Shown here: positions 1 to 17,046 of the stretch, piece by piece
How the letters are laid out: each line of letters starts with the position of its first letter
Numbering within the stretch: position 1 is the first letter of the stretch
DNA from: Prorocentrum cordatum
Taxonomy: Eukaryota
Direction: 5' to 3'
Length of the DNA stretch: 54,892 nucleotides
NCBI GenBank assembly: GCA_963575745.1
Contig: CAUYUJ010000204.1
Location: forward strand, 62,001-116,892
The notes under the pieces: generated by a model
What the model saw: the letters and a program-made list of their open reading frames with translations, nothing else
The model's database searches: none
Told to the model about the DNA's origin: nothing
Program-made: the position numbers and the translations under genes

Positions 1-2610
1 CCGAGGGAAGTCGGAACAGAGACATCCTCACAACAATTTGATGGTCCGGGCCGTTTCGCTTGAAACATCCTCACAACTCTCGTTTCTGAGTTGGCCGGGA
101 TTGGCCGTTTCGCTTGAGACATCCTCGAAAAGTTGCGCTCCGGGACGCCGCGCGAGAGGTGGTCCGGGCCGTTTCGCTTGAGACGTCCTCAAAATTCTGA
201 GCCCCGAGGTGCCGTGCGAGAGGAGGTCCGGGCCGTTTCGCCTGAGACATCCTCGAAGCTCTGAGCTCCGATATGCCTTGCGCGAGGTGGTCCGGCCCGT
301 TTCGCCTAAGACATCCTCGAAATTCTAACCTCGGAGATGCCGCGCAAGAGGTGGTCCGGCCCGTTTCGCCTGAGACATCTTCGAACTTCTGAGCTCTGAG
401 ATGCCCTGCGCGAGGTTGTCCGGCGCGTCTCGCCTGACACATCCTCGCAACTGTGAGCTCTGAGATGCTGTGCGCAAGGTGGTCCGGCCTGTTTCGCACA
501 AAACATTCTCGCAACTCTGAGCTCCCAGATGCCGCGCAAGAGGTGGTCCAGCCTGGGGGCCCAGAAGACCACATGTTACATATCCTCCCAGGACCCTGGG
601 AGCCCGCCTGAGACATCCTCGAACTTCTGAGCTCTGAGATGCCCTGCGCGAGGTGGTCTGGCCCGTTTCGCACAAGACATTCTCGCAACTCTGAGCTCTG
701 AGATGCCGTGCGCAAGGTGGTCCGGCCCGTTTCGCAAAAGACATTCTCGCAACTCTGAGCTCCCAGATGCCGCGCAACAAGGTGGTCCAGCCTGGGGGCC
801 CAGAAGACCACATGTTACATATCCTCCCTGGGACCCTGGGAGCCCAAGGAGGTCCCAGAGAGCTCCAGGAGGCCGCAGGACGCCCAGGACAGGCCCCAGG
901 GGTCCCCTGGAGATTTCCAGGAGGCTCCCAGGAGGCCCCAGGAGGCCCTCTATCAGAACGTGTCAAGTTAATACACATCCGGTGTCGATTCGTTGATTTT
1001 TCCCGCTCTTGTGCCCCCCTGTCCTAGATATCACTGGGAGCCCCAAGAGCCTTCAGGAAACCCCAGGTGGAGTTCAGGAGGCCACAGGAGGCCCAGGAGG
1101 AAGCCCCAGGAGGTCCCCTGGAGGCCCCAGGAGCACCAGGAGGCACCAGGAGGCCCCCGCAACTCGGAGCTCTGAGACGCCGCGCTCGAGGTGGTTCGGC
1201 CCGTTTTGCTTGAGACTTCCTCGTAGCACGTTTCGCCCGAGACACCGGCCCGTCTCGCCTGAGACATCCTCGCAATTCTGAGCTTTGAGATGCCGCGCGC
1301 AAGTTGGTCCAGCTCGTTTCGCACAAGACAGTCTCGCAACTCTGAGCTCCCAGATGCCGCGCAAGAGGTGGTCCAGCCTGGGGGCCCAGACCACATGTTA
1401 CATATCCTCCCTTGGACCCTGGGGGCCCCAGGAGGCCCCAGAGAGCTTCAGGAAGCCGCAGGACGCCCAGGACAGGCCCCAGGGGGGAGTAGGAGATTCC
1501 CAGGAGGCCCCCAGGAGGCCCCAGGAGGCTCCCTATCAGAACGTGTCCAATTAATACACATCCGGTGTCGATTCGTTGATTTTTCCTGCTCCTGCGGCCC
1601 CCCCCCATTTTGGAGAGCCCCGACGGCCACATGTTAGATATCCCCCCCTGGGAGCCCCAAGGGGCTTCAGGAAGCCCAAGGTGGGGTCCAGGAGGCCACG
1701 GGAGGCCCAGGAGGAAGCCCCAGGAGGTCACCAGGAGGTCCCACGAGGCCCCAGGAGGCCCCCGCAACGGAGCTCTGAGACGCCGCGCTCGAGGTGGTCT
1801 GGCCCGTTTCGCCTGGGACTTCCTCGCAGCACGTTTCGCCCGAGACATCGTCGCAACTCTGGGGTCCGAAATGCCGCGCGCAAGGTGGTCCAGCCCGTTA
1901 CGCTGGAGACATCCTCGCAACTCTGGGCTCCGAGATGCCCTGCGCGAGGTGGTCCAGCCCATTTCGCCTGAGACATCCTCGCAACTCTGAGCTCTGAGAT
2001 GCCGTGCACAAGGTGGTCCGGCCCGTTTCGCACAAGACATTCTCGCAACTCTGTGCTCTCAGATGCTGCGCAGTAGGTGGTCCAGCCTGGGGGCCCAGAA
2101 GACCACGTGTTACATGTCCCCTCTGGGGCCCTGGGAGCCCAGGACAGGCCCCAGGGGGGGGCAGGAGATTCCCAGGAGGCCCCCAGGAGGCCCCAGGAGG
2201 CCCCCTTATCAGAACGTGTCAAATTAATACACATCCGGTGTCGATTCGTTGATTTTTCCTGCTCTTGTGCCCCCCCCCTCCATTTTGGGGGGCCCCGACG
2301 GCCACGTGTTAGATATCCCCCCCCTGGGAGCCCCAAGAGGCTTCAGGAAGCCCCATGTGGGGTCCAGGAGGCCACGGTAGGCCCAGGAGGAAGCCCCAGG
2401 AGGTCACCAGGAGGTCCCACGAGGCCCCCGCAACTCGGAGCTCTGAGACGCCGCGCTCGAGGTGGTCTGGCCCGTTTCGCCTGAGACTTCCTCGCAGCAC
2501 GTTTCGCCCGAGACGTCGTCGCAACTCTGGGGTCCGAAATGCCGCGCGCGAGGAGGTCCAGCCCGTTACGCTGGAGACATCTTCGCAACTCTGGGCTCCG
2601 AGATGCCGTT
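1..2610. repeat. Complex satellite: 64-bp subunits inside a ~580-670 bp higher-order repeat
   Basis: CCGTTTCGC recurs at 169, 233, 297, 361 (period 64). The marker TATCAGAACGTGTC..TTAATACACATCCGGTGTCGATTCGTTG recurs at 951, 1534, 2207. Confidence 0.9.
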
Positions 2611-2615
2611 CGGGA

Positions 2616-2630
2616 TGAAGAGGAGGTGGA

Positions 2631-2661
<31 letters not shown>

Positions 2662-2716
2662 GAGGGAGGAGGAGGAGGAGGAGGAGGAGGAGGAGGAGGA
2701 GGAGGAGGAGGAGGAG
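2616..2716. repeat. (GGA)n microsatellite
   Basis: Near-perfect GGA run seen directly. Confidence 0.95.
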
Positions 2717-2894
2717 GTATGTTTTAACATGCCATGCCAGCCTGCACTGGACGGGCACGCAATCGACCTTGGAAACCGCAGTGGGTCTAAAAACCTTGTT
2801 TGGGGATACTGCACTCCGGCTATATTGAATAGAGCTGGTCTCCACTCCCTTCTTCCCGTCCCGCCTCCCTCTTCCTTCCTCCTGTCTTGCCTGC

Positions 2895-5706
2895 GGGGGG
2901 CTGCGATCTGTGAAACTGTCGCCACTTTCGAGGCCTGCTGGGGGGCCCAGCACGGTGGCGCCACGGGCGGATTCAAATTGGACCTCGCCATCCCTGGGGG
3001 GCTGCGATCTGTGAAACTGTCGCCGCTTTCGAGGCCTGCTGGGGGGCCCAGCACAGTGACGCCACGGGCGGATTCCAAGTAGACCTCGCCATCCCTGGGG
3101 GGCTGCGATCTGTCGACTTTCGAGGCCTGCTGGGGGGCCCAGCACAGTGACGCCACGGGCGGATTCAAATTGGACCTCGCCATCCCTGGGGGGCTGCGAT
3201 CTGTGAACCTGTCGCTACTTTCGAGTCCTGCTGGGGGGCCCAGCGCAGTGACGCCGCGGGCGGATTCCAATTAGACCTCGCCATCCCTGGGGGGCTGCGA
3301 TCTGTGAAACTGTCGCCACTTTCGAGGCCTGCTGGGGGGCCCAGTACAGTGACGCCACGGGCGGATTCAAATTGGACCTCGCCATCCCTTGGGGGGCTGC
3401 GATCTGTGAAACTGTCGCTTGTTTCGAGTCCTGCTGGGGGCCCAGCACAGTGACGCCACGGGCGGATTCCAATTAGACCTCGCCATCCCTGGGGGGCTGC
3501 GATCTGTGAAACTGTCGCCACTTTCGAGGTCTGCTGGGGGGCCCAGCACAGTGACGCCACGGGCGGATTCAAATTTGACCTCGCCATCCTTGGGGGGCTG
3601 CGATCTGTGAAGCTGTCGCCACTTTCGAGGCCTGCTGGGGGGCTGCGATCTGTGAAACTGTCGCCACTTTCGAGGCCTGCTGGGGGGCCCAGCACAGTGA
3701 CGCCACGGGCGGATTCAAATTAGACCTCGCCATCCCTGGGGGGCTGCGATCTGTGAAACTGTCGCCACTTTCGAAGCCTGCTGGGGGACCCAGCACAGTG
3801 ACGCCCGGGCGGATTCAAATCACCTCGCCATCCCTGGGGGGCTGCAATCTGTGAACTGTCGCCACTTTCGAGGCCTGCTGGGGGGCCCAGCACAGTGACG
3901 CCACGGGCGGATTCAAATTAGACCTCGCCATCCCTGGGGGGTGCGATCTGTGAAACAGTCGCCACTTTCGAGGCCTGCTGGGGGGCCCAGCACAGTGACG
4001 CCACGGGCGGATTCAAATTAGACATCGCCATCCCTGGGGGGCTGCGATCTGTGAAACTGTCGCCACTTTCGAGGCCTGCTGGGAGGCCCAGCACAGTGAC
4101 GCCACGGGCGGATTTAAATTAGACCTCGGCATCACTGGGGGGCTGCGATCTGTGAAGCTGTCGCCACTTTCGAGGCCTGCTGGGGGGCTCAGCACAGTGA
4201 CGCCCCGGGCGGATTCAAATTAGACCTCGCCATCCCTGGGTGGCTGCGATCTGTGAAACTGTCGCCACTTTCGACGCCTGCGGGGGGCTACGATTTGTGA
4301 AACTGTCGCCACTTTCGAGGCCTGCTGGGGGCCCAGCACAGTGACGCCACGGGCGGATTCCAATTAGACCTCGCCATCCCTGGGGGGCTGCGATCTGTGA
4401 AACTGTCGCCTCTTTCGAGGCCTGCTGGGGGGTCCAGCACAGTGACGCCACGGGCGGATTCAAATTAGACCTCGCTATCCCTGGGGGGCTGCGATCTGTG
4501 AAACTGTCGGAGCATTTCGAGGTCCTGCTGGGCCCAGCACAGTGGACGCCACGGGCGGATTCAAATTGAACCTCGAAGCTGTCGCCCCTTTCGATTCCTG
4601 CTGGGTGGCCCAGCACAGCGACGCCACGGGCGGACCCAAATTAGACCTCGCCATCCCTGGAGGGGTGCGATCTGTGAAACTGTCGCCACTTTCCAAGCCT
4701 TTGGGGGGGCCCAGCACAGTGACGCCACAGGCGGACCCAAATCAGACCTCGCCATCCCTGGGGGGCTGCGATCTGTGAAACTGTCGCCACTTTCGAGGCC
4801 TGCTGGGGGGCCCAGCACAGTGACGCCACGGGCGGACCCAAATTAGACCTCGCCATCCCTGGGGGGCTGCGATCTGTGAAACTGTCGCCTCTTTCGAGGC
4901 CTGCTGGGGGGCCCAGCACAGTGACGCCACGGGCGGACCCAAATTAGACCTCGCCATCCCTGGGGGGCTGCGATCTGTGAAACTGTCGCCACTTTCGAGG
5001 CCTGCTGGGGGGCCCAGCACAGTGCCGCCACGGGCGGATTCAAATTAGACCTCGCCATCCCTGGGGGGCTGCGATCTGTGAAACTGTCGCCACTTTCGAG
5101 GCCTGCTGGGGGGCCCAGCACAGTGGGACCACGGCGGACTCAAATTAGACCTCGCCATCCCTGGGGGGCTGCGATCTGTGAAACTGTTGCCACTTTCGAG
5201 GCCTGCTCGGGGGCCCAGCACAGTGACGCCACGGGCGGATTCCAATTAGACGTCGCCATCCCTGGGGGGCTGCGATCTGTGAAACAGTCGCCACTTTCGA
5301 GGTCTGCTGGGGGGCCCAGCACAGTGACGCCACGGGCGGATTCCACTTAGACCTCGCCATCCCTGGGGGGCTGCGATCTGTGAAACTGTCGCCACTTTCG
5401 ACGCCTGCGGGGGGCTGCGATCTGTGAAACTGTCGCCACTTTCGAGGCTTGCTGGGGGGCCCAGCACAGGCACGCCACGGGCGGATTCCAACTAGACCTC
5501 GCCATCCCTGGGGGGCTGCGATCTGTGAAACTGTCGCCTCTTTCGAGGCCTGCTGGGGGGCCCAGCGCAGTGACGCCACGGGCGGGCCGAAATTTGACCT
5601 CGCCATCCCTGGGGGGCTGCGATCTGTGAACCTGTCGCTACTTTCGAGGCCTGCTGGGGGGCCCAGCACGGTGATTAGACCTCGCCATCTCTCGGGGGCT
5701 GCGATA
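2895..5706. repeat. 101-bp tandem satellite, roughly 28 units, with occasional truncated units
   Basis: Unit GGGGGGCTGCGATCTGTGAAACTGTCGCCACTTTCGAGGCCTGCTGGGGGGCCCAGCACAGTGACGCCACGGGCGGATTCAAATTAGACCTCGCCATCCCT. Near-identical ORFs in the track are offset by exactly 101 nt (4641, 4742, 4843). Confidence 0.95.
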
Positions 5707-5924
5707 TGAGATCCCCGCTCTCGAAGTGGCTAGGGGTGCGCAGGGATTGTATCTTATCAGCTTTATGTAGCCCTTGTCCTGTAGCCAGTGTCCTGCGAGT
5801 CTCCCGGATTCCGTCTGCAGACATGTAACCCTCGCTCCGTTATCGCCACCCTTATAAAGTGTTCTAACCTATGTGCGCCTCGCGTTTGCGCAGGGGTTTG
5901 GGTACGTCGCCAGGGTAATTTTCA

Positions 5925-6770
5925 GAGATGTTGATGAGTTTCTTGATGTAACGCGAGCTGCAGATGAGCTACAGAGCTGTTGGGCACAGCAGTCGCAAGA
6001 ACACCATCAGGAGCTCTAGTCCCGGATATTTGATGCCTGAACTCGCTCTGCTACCAGAGTTGAAATCAAAATAACTATTCGTACTCTGCTGGATTTGTCT
6101 GAGATGAAGATGTCTTTCTTGATATAACTCGAGCTGCAGATGAGCTACATAGCTGTTTGGCACGGCAATCGGAAGAGCATCATCAGGAGCGCTCGTCTCA
6201 AGCATCTAGATGCCCGAACTCGGTCACCTACCAGAGCTGGAACGAAGAAACCCATTGTACGTACTTTGCTAATGTTTCAAGATATTGTGATTGTTTTCTT
6301 TATTTGAGCTGTAGGCTGGCTGAGGAGCTGGGAAGCACTTCTCGAAGCAGAAGGTCAGCAGGTACATTCGCCAACGATATCAAGACGTCTACGACTTAAA
6401 CAATTTCTCGCACTAAATCTTTTACCAGCAATGATGTGCGTTTCCTGAATTTGATTCGTTCTCTTGGCGCTACGGAGCTGAGGTGCATGCCAATCGACAG
6501 GGAATGCTGCGAAGCATCAATCAGTCTACAGTCTAGACGCCTGAGATCGGTCTGCTACCAGAGCTGCATCTTTCAGAAATATGTGAGACGGTGTGGGATT
6601 TCTGTATTCAAATTATAGGTAGGGAGCTGGAAAGGACACCGCTCAACAGGGAATCATCAGACCATCGCCTATAGTATCGAGACGTGTGAGATAGGTCTGC
6701 CACCAGAGCTACAATTGAGCACTCTGCAATATTTGGTAAAAGATAACTCATATTTCCTGTACTAGATTCA
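5925..6770. repeat. Old degenerate tandem repeat, period about 175 bp, 4-5 units
   Basis: GAGCTGCAGATGAGCTACA at 5955 and 6131, a weaker copy near 6306, and CTACCAGAGCT-like words recurring through 6710. Confidence 0.6.
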
Positions 6771-6983
6771 TAGGCTGCTTCTCCTCCTTCCGCTCTTTCT
6801 TCCTTCTTCTCTTCCTCCTCCTCCTCCTACCCCTCCTCTTTGTCCTCGTCCTTCTCCTTCTCCTCCTCACTCCTTCTTCTCCTCCACGCCCTCCTCATGA
6901 AACCGCGCCCTCGCGCGCGCGGAATGCGAGATTGCCGCGCCCGCATCCCATTCATTCATATATATATGTAGATATCGCAAGGA

Positions 6984-7382
6984 AGCTCTACGAGTTCCCG
7001 GCGGTAACCAAGGTTGACGGTTTACCGCCGGCTCCCAGTTGGTCCACCCGGCCCAGGCGGACAATGTGATGACCCGGCGTCGGTTTTTCGAAGATTGTGA
7101 GAGATTTGACCTTTCGTTTCGAGAACTGGTAATTTAAGCACTTGTAGTGGATTGTGCCGCGTCTGCTTGTGAAGTTCTCAGGTCTGTCGCTGCAGTATCA
7201 CTTTGGAAGCACTTGGAGCAACCGATCCCGTATGAAACCCGAAAAATTGCAAGTTTTTAAGCCGAGTTTCGAGAAAGTTTTCTTCTCATAATCTAGGCAC
7301 TTATTCGCGTGTTGAGAGCTCTACGAGGGTCCCGGCGGTAACCTGGTTGACGGTTTACCGCTGGCTCCCAGTTGGCCCGCCC
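6984..7382. repeat. Pair of ~65-bp direct repeats, each with an internal palindrome
   Basis: AGCTCTACGAG..CCCGGCGGTAACC..GGTTGACGGTTTACCGCYGGCTCCCAGTTGG at 6984 and 7317. Confidence 0.85.
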
Positions 7383-8974
7383 AGCGTGGCAGGGGTCACG
7401 TCTCGTCGCCTTCGGAGGGGGTGTGCACGGGGTGCGGTGTGTATCGGTCCCACGCTCCAGGGTGTGGCAGGGGTGGCATGTCGCTGCGTGTTCTGGAAGC
7501 GTGTCTCAAATAATCAGTGCACACGAAACTAGCTTGAACCAAGTATGTGGGTTCCTTCGGCAGGGTAGTTCCTCTCTCCTCTCCCCCCTTGCCCTCTTTC
7601 CACCCCCTCCTTCTCACCTCATCCCCTGTTCCCCTCTCTTTCCCTTCCTCCTTTTTTCCGTCGTTCTCCTCGTCTCCCCCTTGCAGTCCGTTTCTCCTCA
7701 TTTTTCCCCTTTGCTCCCCCTTCCCTCTTTCTCTTTCCTGCTCCCTCTCGCTTGTGTCACATTCTCCTCCTCTTTTCGTCCTCTCTTTGATTTTTGCTTT
7801 TGATCTTCTCAGACGCCTCCTCATCTGCCTCCTTCTCTTTCATCTTTCCGCACACGTGGCGCGCGGCCGCGTGGCCGCGTGCAGCAGCGCCTGGGCGTGG
7901 ACATCGGCGTCCGTCCGTCCTCGCCTTCTTCACCGTCCTCCGTTTTTTTGTTCCCACCGGCCTTCCGCCCGGGAAACGATGTGTTACAAGATGCTTTATG
8001 AGATGTCCGGGTCGGATGTGCGTCCCCGGCAACGGCACGTCATATCAGTACGCCCTTAATGCGTCCCACATGCAGCGCCGATGCACAGCGAAGTATGGCA
8101 AGGCGGCGCCATTCTCCCCTTCCGCAGTCCTGGAGCGTGCTGCGCCGCGCGTCCCGCGTGCCCCGCCGAGCGGCCAGCCGTCCATGCCCCCCCCCCCCCC
8201 TCCCCTGCCGCGTGTCGCGTTAAGCGCGCCGGCTTCCCTTGGAGGATGCTGACTTCGGGAGGAGTGAGTCCGTACGGAGTGCTCGGTCTCCGCCTGGGCT
8301 CACTCCTTCTGGACGACGCCTCACCTGATCGGATGCCAAGTCCTGGCGGAGCAAGGGCGCACGGAGTGCTCGCCCCGCGTCTGGGCTCACTCCGTCTGGA
8401 CCTGGCCTCTCCTGATTCCCGCTGGGCGCCGAATGCCTCCTCGCGGCGCCGCGCCACGGCCCCCCGCCGCCCAGATTCCTAGGCCCTCCCTTTTGTTTCA
8501 GCACGCCCCCTGCCCCTCCCCCCGGGCCGCGCACAGGCCGCGGGCGACGATGTGCGAACCCCCCTCATTGTGGACGCCCCCCCGATGAAAAGTGTCCGCT
8601 GCACCTGCCATACCAAAGCAGCAGCACTCGGAAGTGACGTGTGAGAGCTCGTCGGGGAGTTCGCACGACCCCCGCTGTACCCCCACACGACCCCCGCTGT
8701 ACCCCGCCCCCCGCATCCAAAGGGCGCCGCTGCGCCGAGTTGCCGCGCGCGCTCGTGGTCGTCGTGTCTGCGAGAGCGTCCCTGGCTGACGCTGGCCTTC
8801 GCGCTGTAAGCTCAGGGATCCTCCCCTTCCTGGGCAGCCCTCCTCCCACCCCCAGGCGGTGAAGCAGACTGCTGTGGCAGGCGTGGGGAAGCGTCTTCTT
8901 GGCACGAGTATCCCCCCTCTTGGGCGTCCTGACGCCCCCGCCGTGTCCCGAGCGGCGGCTGGTCTCCCGCAGCA

Positions 8975-9074
8975 NNNNNNNNNNNNNNNNNNNNNNNNNN
9001 NNNNNNNNNNNNNNNNNNNNNNNNNNNNNNNNNNNNNNNNNNNNNNNNNNNNNNNNNNNNNNNNNNNNNNNNNN
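8975..9074. other. Assembly gap (100 N)
   Basis: Run of 100 N, probably a placeholder of unknown true size. Confidence 0.99.
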
Positions 9075-9760
9075 GGGGGTGGAGGAGGAGGCGGAGGAGG
9101 AGGAGGAGGAGGAAGACCATGAGGAAGCGGATGTCGAGGAGGGGAAGGAGGAGGAGCAAGAGGCGGAGGATGGGGGGGCGGAGGAGGAGGAGGAGGATGA
9201 GGATGAGGAGGAGGAAGATGAGGAGGACGAAGAGGAGGGGGAGGTGGATGAGGAGTATGGGGGAGGGAGAGGAGGATGAGGAGAAGGAGGAGGATGAGGC
9301 GGTGTAGGAGGAGGATGAGGAGGAGGATCATGAGGAGGAGGGGAGGACGAGTAGGAAGAGGAGGAGGAAGAGGACGACGAGGATAAGGAGAAGAGGGGAA
9401 TGATGAGGCGGAGGAGGAGGATGAGGATGAACCTGAGAAGGAGGAGGAATTGGAGGAACACAAGGAGCTGGGGGAGGAGGATGAGGAGGACGGGGACGAT
9501 GGTGATAATGAGGAACACGCTGCTGGTGCTGATGCTGATGCTGATGACGATGATGATGAGGATGCTGATGATGCTGATGATGCTGATGATGCCGAAGCTG
9601 ATGATGATGCGGAGGAGGAGTAGCAGAAGGATGTGGAGGAGGAGGATGAATAAGAGGAGGAGTATGATGAGCAACATGCGGGAGGAAACGGGAAGGACGA
9701 CAACGAGGAGGAGGGTGACGAGTACCAGTAGGAATAGGCGCAGGAGTATGAGTAGAAAAC
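9075..9760. repeat. Degenerate GAG/GAT/GCT triplet low-complexity tract
   Basis: Purine-rich triplet runs seen directly. Confidence 0.9.
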
Positions 9761-9761
9761 C

Positions 9762-13845
<4,084 letters not shown>

Positions 13846-14224
13846 AAGAGGACGAGGAGGAGGAGGGGAGGAGGAGGAGGAGGAGGAGGAGGAGAAGGAG
13901 GAGAAAGAACAAGGGGGAGGAGGAGGAGGCGACAAAAGGAGGAGGAGGAAGAAGAGGAGGAGGAGGAGCAGGAGCAGTGTAAACCCAAGTTTCAACGATA
14001 TCGCAGCAAGCCCTCCCAGCAACTCCCTCTTCATAGGCGCCTGCAAAAAAACATCCGGAACTCTGCCAGAACACCGTTCTTGAGATTTTATGGCCGCGAG
14101 TCGGACGTTCTGTTACGTCGTTGCGACACCGACGCGTGCCATATCACCATTCTTGGGACTTAACATCACGAATCAACGCAACTGTTGCGCTTCTGTGACG
14201 TTGCCAGGATAATTTTTGAAACTG

Positions 14225-14560
14225 TTGGAGGCTCTCAGAACGAGTGTGTCAGGCGCGAAAACGAGAGCCACACTTTGAAAAGGAGCCGCCCTCCATCCGT
14301 GAAGCTCTTGCATTTTGATGACGAGTGTGCGCGGCGCCAAGGCGACAGTCACGTTTTGAAGATGGCCCTCCCTCCTTCTGTGAAGCTGTTGCAATGTGTT
14401 ATCATGGATGTGCGCGGCGCTGGGGCGGAAACCACATTTGGAGAACCACCTCTCCTGAATCTGTGAAGCTCGTACATTATTTCGACGGAGGTGCGCGAGT
14501 TTAAGGCGATGGCCACATGTTGAAGACGACCCGCCCCTATCTTTGAAACTGTTTCACGTG
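14225..14560. repeat. Degenerate ~80-bp tandem repeat, about 4 units
   Basis: GTGAAGCT...GTGCGCG...CAC..TTGAA blocks recur near 14300, 14380 and 14463. Confidence 0.6.
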
Positions 14561-15074
14561 TAAGTTTCAGGATCAACGTGGTGATGAGCTTCAGGCGTTA
14601 CGCTGACCCGCCCTTCTGACTTGCTTCGGGGCGCGACAAGGATGAACAGGGAATTGAGGATGAGGCTGACAATGATGCAATCACTCCGTCGCTGACGTTG
14701 GCCGAGCCCACAAGGGAAACAGGGTAGATGAGGATGAGGAGGGACATGAGAAAGAATAGGAGGAGCGTGTGAGGAGGAGAGCCTAACTCTACTTTGGCTG
14801 CCTGACACTACTAGCGAACAAGTGCATGCGTAGCATTTTCTACGCGTACTTCGTCCACTCTGTTCGGCTTGCCCTTTTTGGGTATCAGGTATGATGGCTT
14901 GGTCCTCGTGCCCACTCCACTTTGCGTCCTGTCGGGCGCATACTCTATTGCCTCATCACCCTTTTATCCGTAATGGCTTCGCCCCATGCCGCTGGCCCCC
15001 TGTCTCGGATAATGGGAGATGCAAAAGCTGAATCATGCTGTCTGGGCGGCGCCGTGAAGCAGTGTCGGGACCTG

Positions 15075-15560
15075 TTTGTTTTTCGACCCTGAGCCCGCCG
15101 ATTTGCATCAGGGGTGGCACCGAATTTCAGGAATGTTGCAAATCCCATGTGTTTTTGGACCTTGACCCCGCCGATCTGCGTGAGGGATGATACCGAATTT
15201 CACAAATGTTGCAAATCCCTTGTATTTTTGGACCCAGACCCCGCCGATCTGCGTGAGTGGTGTTACCGAATTTCAGAAGTGTTGCAAATCCACTGTGTTT
15301 TTGGACCCTGACCCTGCCGATTTGCGTGAGGGGTGCTGCCGAATCTTTAGACAAGTGGCACATCCCTTGTGTTTTTGGACCCTGACCCCGCCGATCTGCG
15401 TGAAGGGCGCCGCCGAATTTTCAGAAATGTGGCAAATCCCATGTGTTTTTTGTCCCTGACCCCGCCGATCTGCGTGAGGGGTGCCACTGAAGTTCAAACA
15501 TGTGGCAAATCCCTTGTGTTTTTGGACCCTAACCCTGCGGATCTGCGTGAGGGGTGTCAA
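15075..15560. repeat. 73-74 bp tandem minisatellite, about 6.5 units
   Basis: TTTTTGGACCCTGACCCCGCCGATCTGCGTGAGGGG variants at about 15151, 15224, 15297, 15371, 15445, 15518. Confidence 0.92.
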
Positions 15561-17046
15561 TTTTTACCCCCCTAGAAATTCTGAGAACCCTCCCAGGGTG
15601 TGGTAGTTCTGCTGGTTTGGGCTCCCCCCCTCCTCGCGCGTTCATCAACAAGGAACAGTAAGCAGCAAGAAGCAGAGCTATAAAAGTGGAAACTGGAAGC
15701 TGCAACTGGTACAGGGAGCAGCATATTCCCGGCCTACAGCCTGGTGGCCCCGCAAGGGGGCCGGCTGATTTTTAAAGCATATTTCAGCCTTACCATTTCA
15801 GCTGCGCCCGCCAAGATTAATTAGCTAGCTCTCGGGCTAAATCGGCTTTCTGCATTTAACTGCGAACGCAGAGCGCAACGATGTCTGACCCATTTCCATG
15901 CAAAGTCAAAAACAAATGCGTGGATGAGCGGGAAAAAGAGAAATACGATGCAGACGGTTGGGCAAGGGGAGGGGAAGGACGAGCAGGAGGATGGAGGAGG
16001 GAGGAGGAACAGATGGAGGAGGAGGGGGTGGAGGGACGGGTGAGGAGGAGGAGGAGGAGGCGGAGGAGGAGGCGGAGGAGCAGGAGGAGCAGGAGGAGAA
16101 GGAGGAGGAGGAGGAGGAGGAGGGGGAGGAACAGTGGGAGGAAGAGAAGGAGGACAAGGAGGAGGAGGAGTGTAAGATCCGTGCCAGGTGCGACAGGTGG
16201 TAACGGTGCTAGCGGCGGTGTCCGACAGCCTAGGACCCGCAAGGTTCCCGAGATACTTCAGACTGACTTTCGCAACCAATGGGCTGGACGATATTATGGC
16301 TATCTAGCCTTCGACGATGAGTGCTTCCATCCATGGCATCCATGATGACATGGTGCAACCAATGTACTGCTTGGCAAAGTCTGCGACCACATGGCTAGTC
16401 CTGCCATGCGAAGACGACATGCTATTGCTGATGCCGCTGCGGGATGTCGGGGAAACCGAGCAGTCGTTTGTCGGAAGCGCTGTCCAAATGGTAAAGCCGA
16501 ACAGGGGTGGTGGCACACTTCCAGCCCGCGGTGATCCCTCGCAAAACGGTCCGATGCCCGTGATTGAAACCTGGCAGCGAAACGTATGCAACATTCTTCT
16601 ATGCAGGTGGCGTGACGAAAGTAATGACCAGAGGCTGACCTAGTTCAACACAATTCGATTCCAATCGGTCTAAGCTGAACGGGTCAGAGTCTTTATTCAT
16701 GTTCCACAGAAAGCTTGCTGCTGCTTCTCCATCCGCCACTCCTGCTTCTGCTCTGGCTGCCTGTCTCTAGACTGCGACGAGCCCTCCTCTGTGTGGTGCC
16801 TTGCAGCAAGTTGCGCGCGCTTATTGTTAAGTCTTCCAGTCAAATCAAATATTGATGGGCGTCTGGCTCGACCCCACGGCCAGTAGAAGCTGTAACCGAC
16901 TCCAACGGGTCGCCATCCTCTGTGTACTTTCGGAAGCAGAGCGATTCATGCTGCCTGCGTGCGTGCAGTCGACAATGCGAGAGTCGCCCAGGGGGAGCAG
17001 GGATGGGAGGTTGAGGTTGGGCTGGAGGGAGAGGAGGGAGACGAAT

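Noticed and set aside
1..5706. CRISPR array interpretation of the regular repeats (also 15075-15560 and 54230-54715)
   Set aside because: Units repeat along their whole length with no unique spacers, there are no cas genes, and the context is eukaryotic.
8250..8425. Two ~87-bp direct repeats as a coding repeat
   Set aside because: The duplication is real, but no recognisable domain or gene structure supports a coding call.
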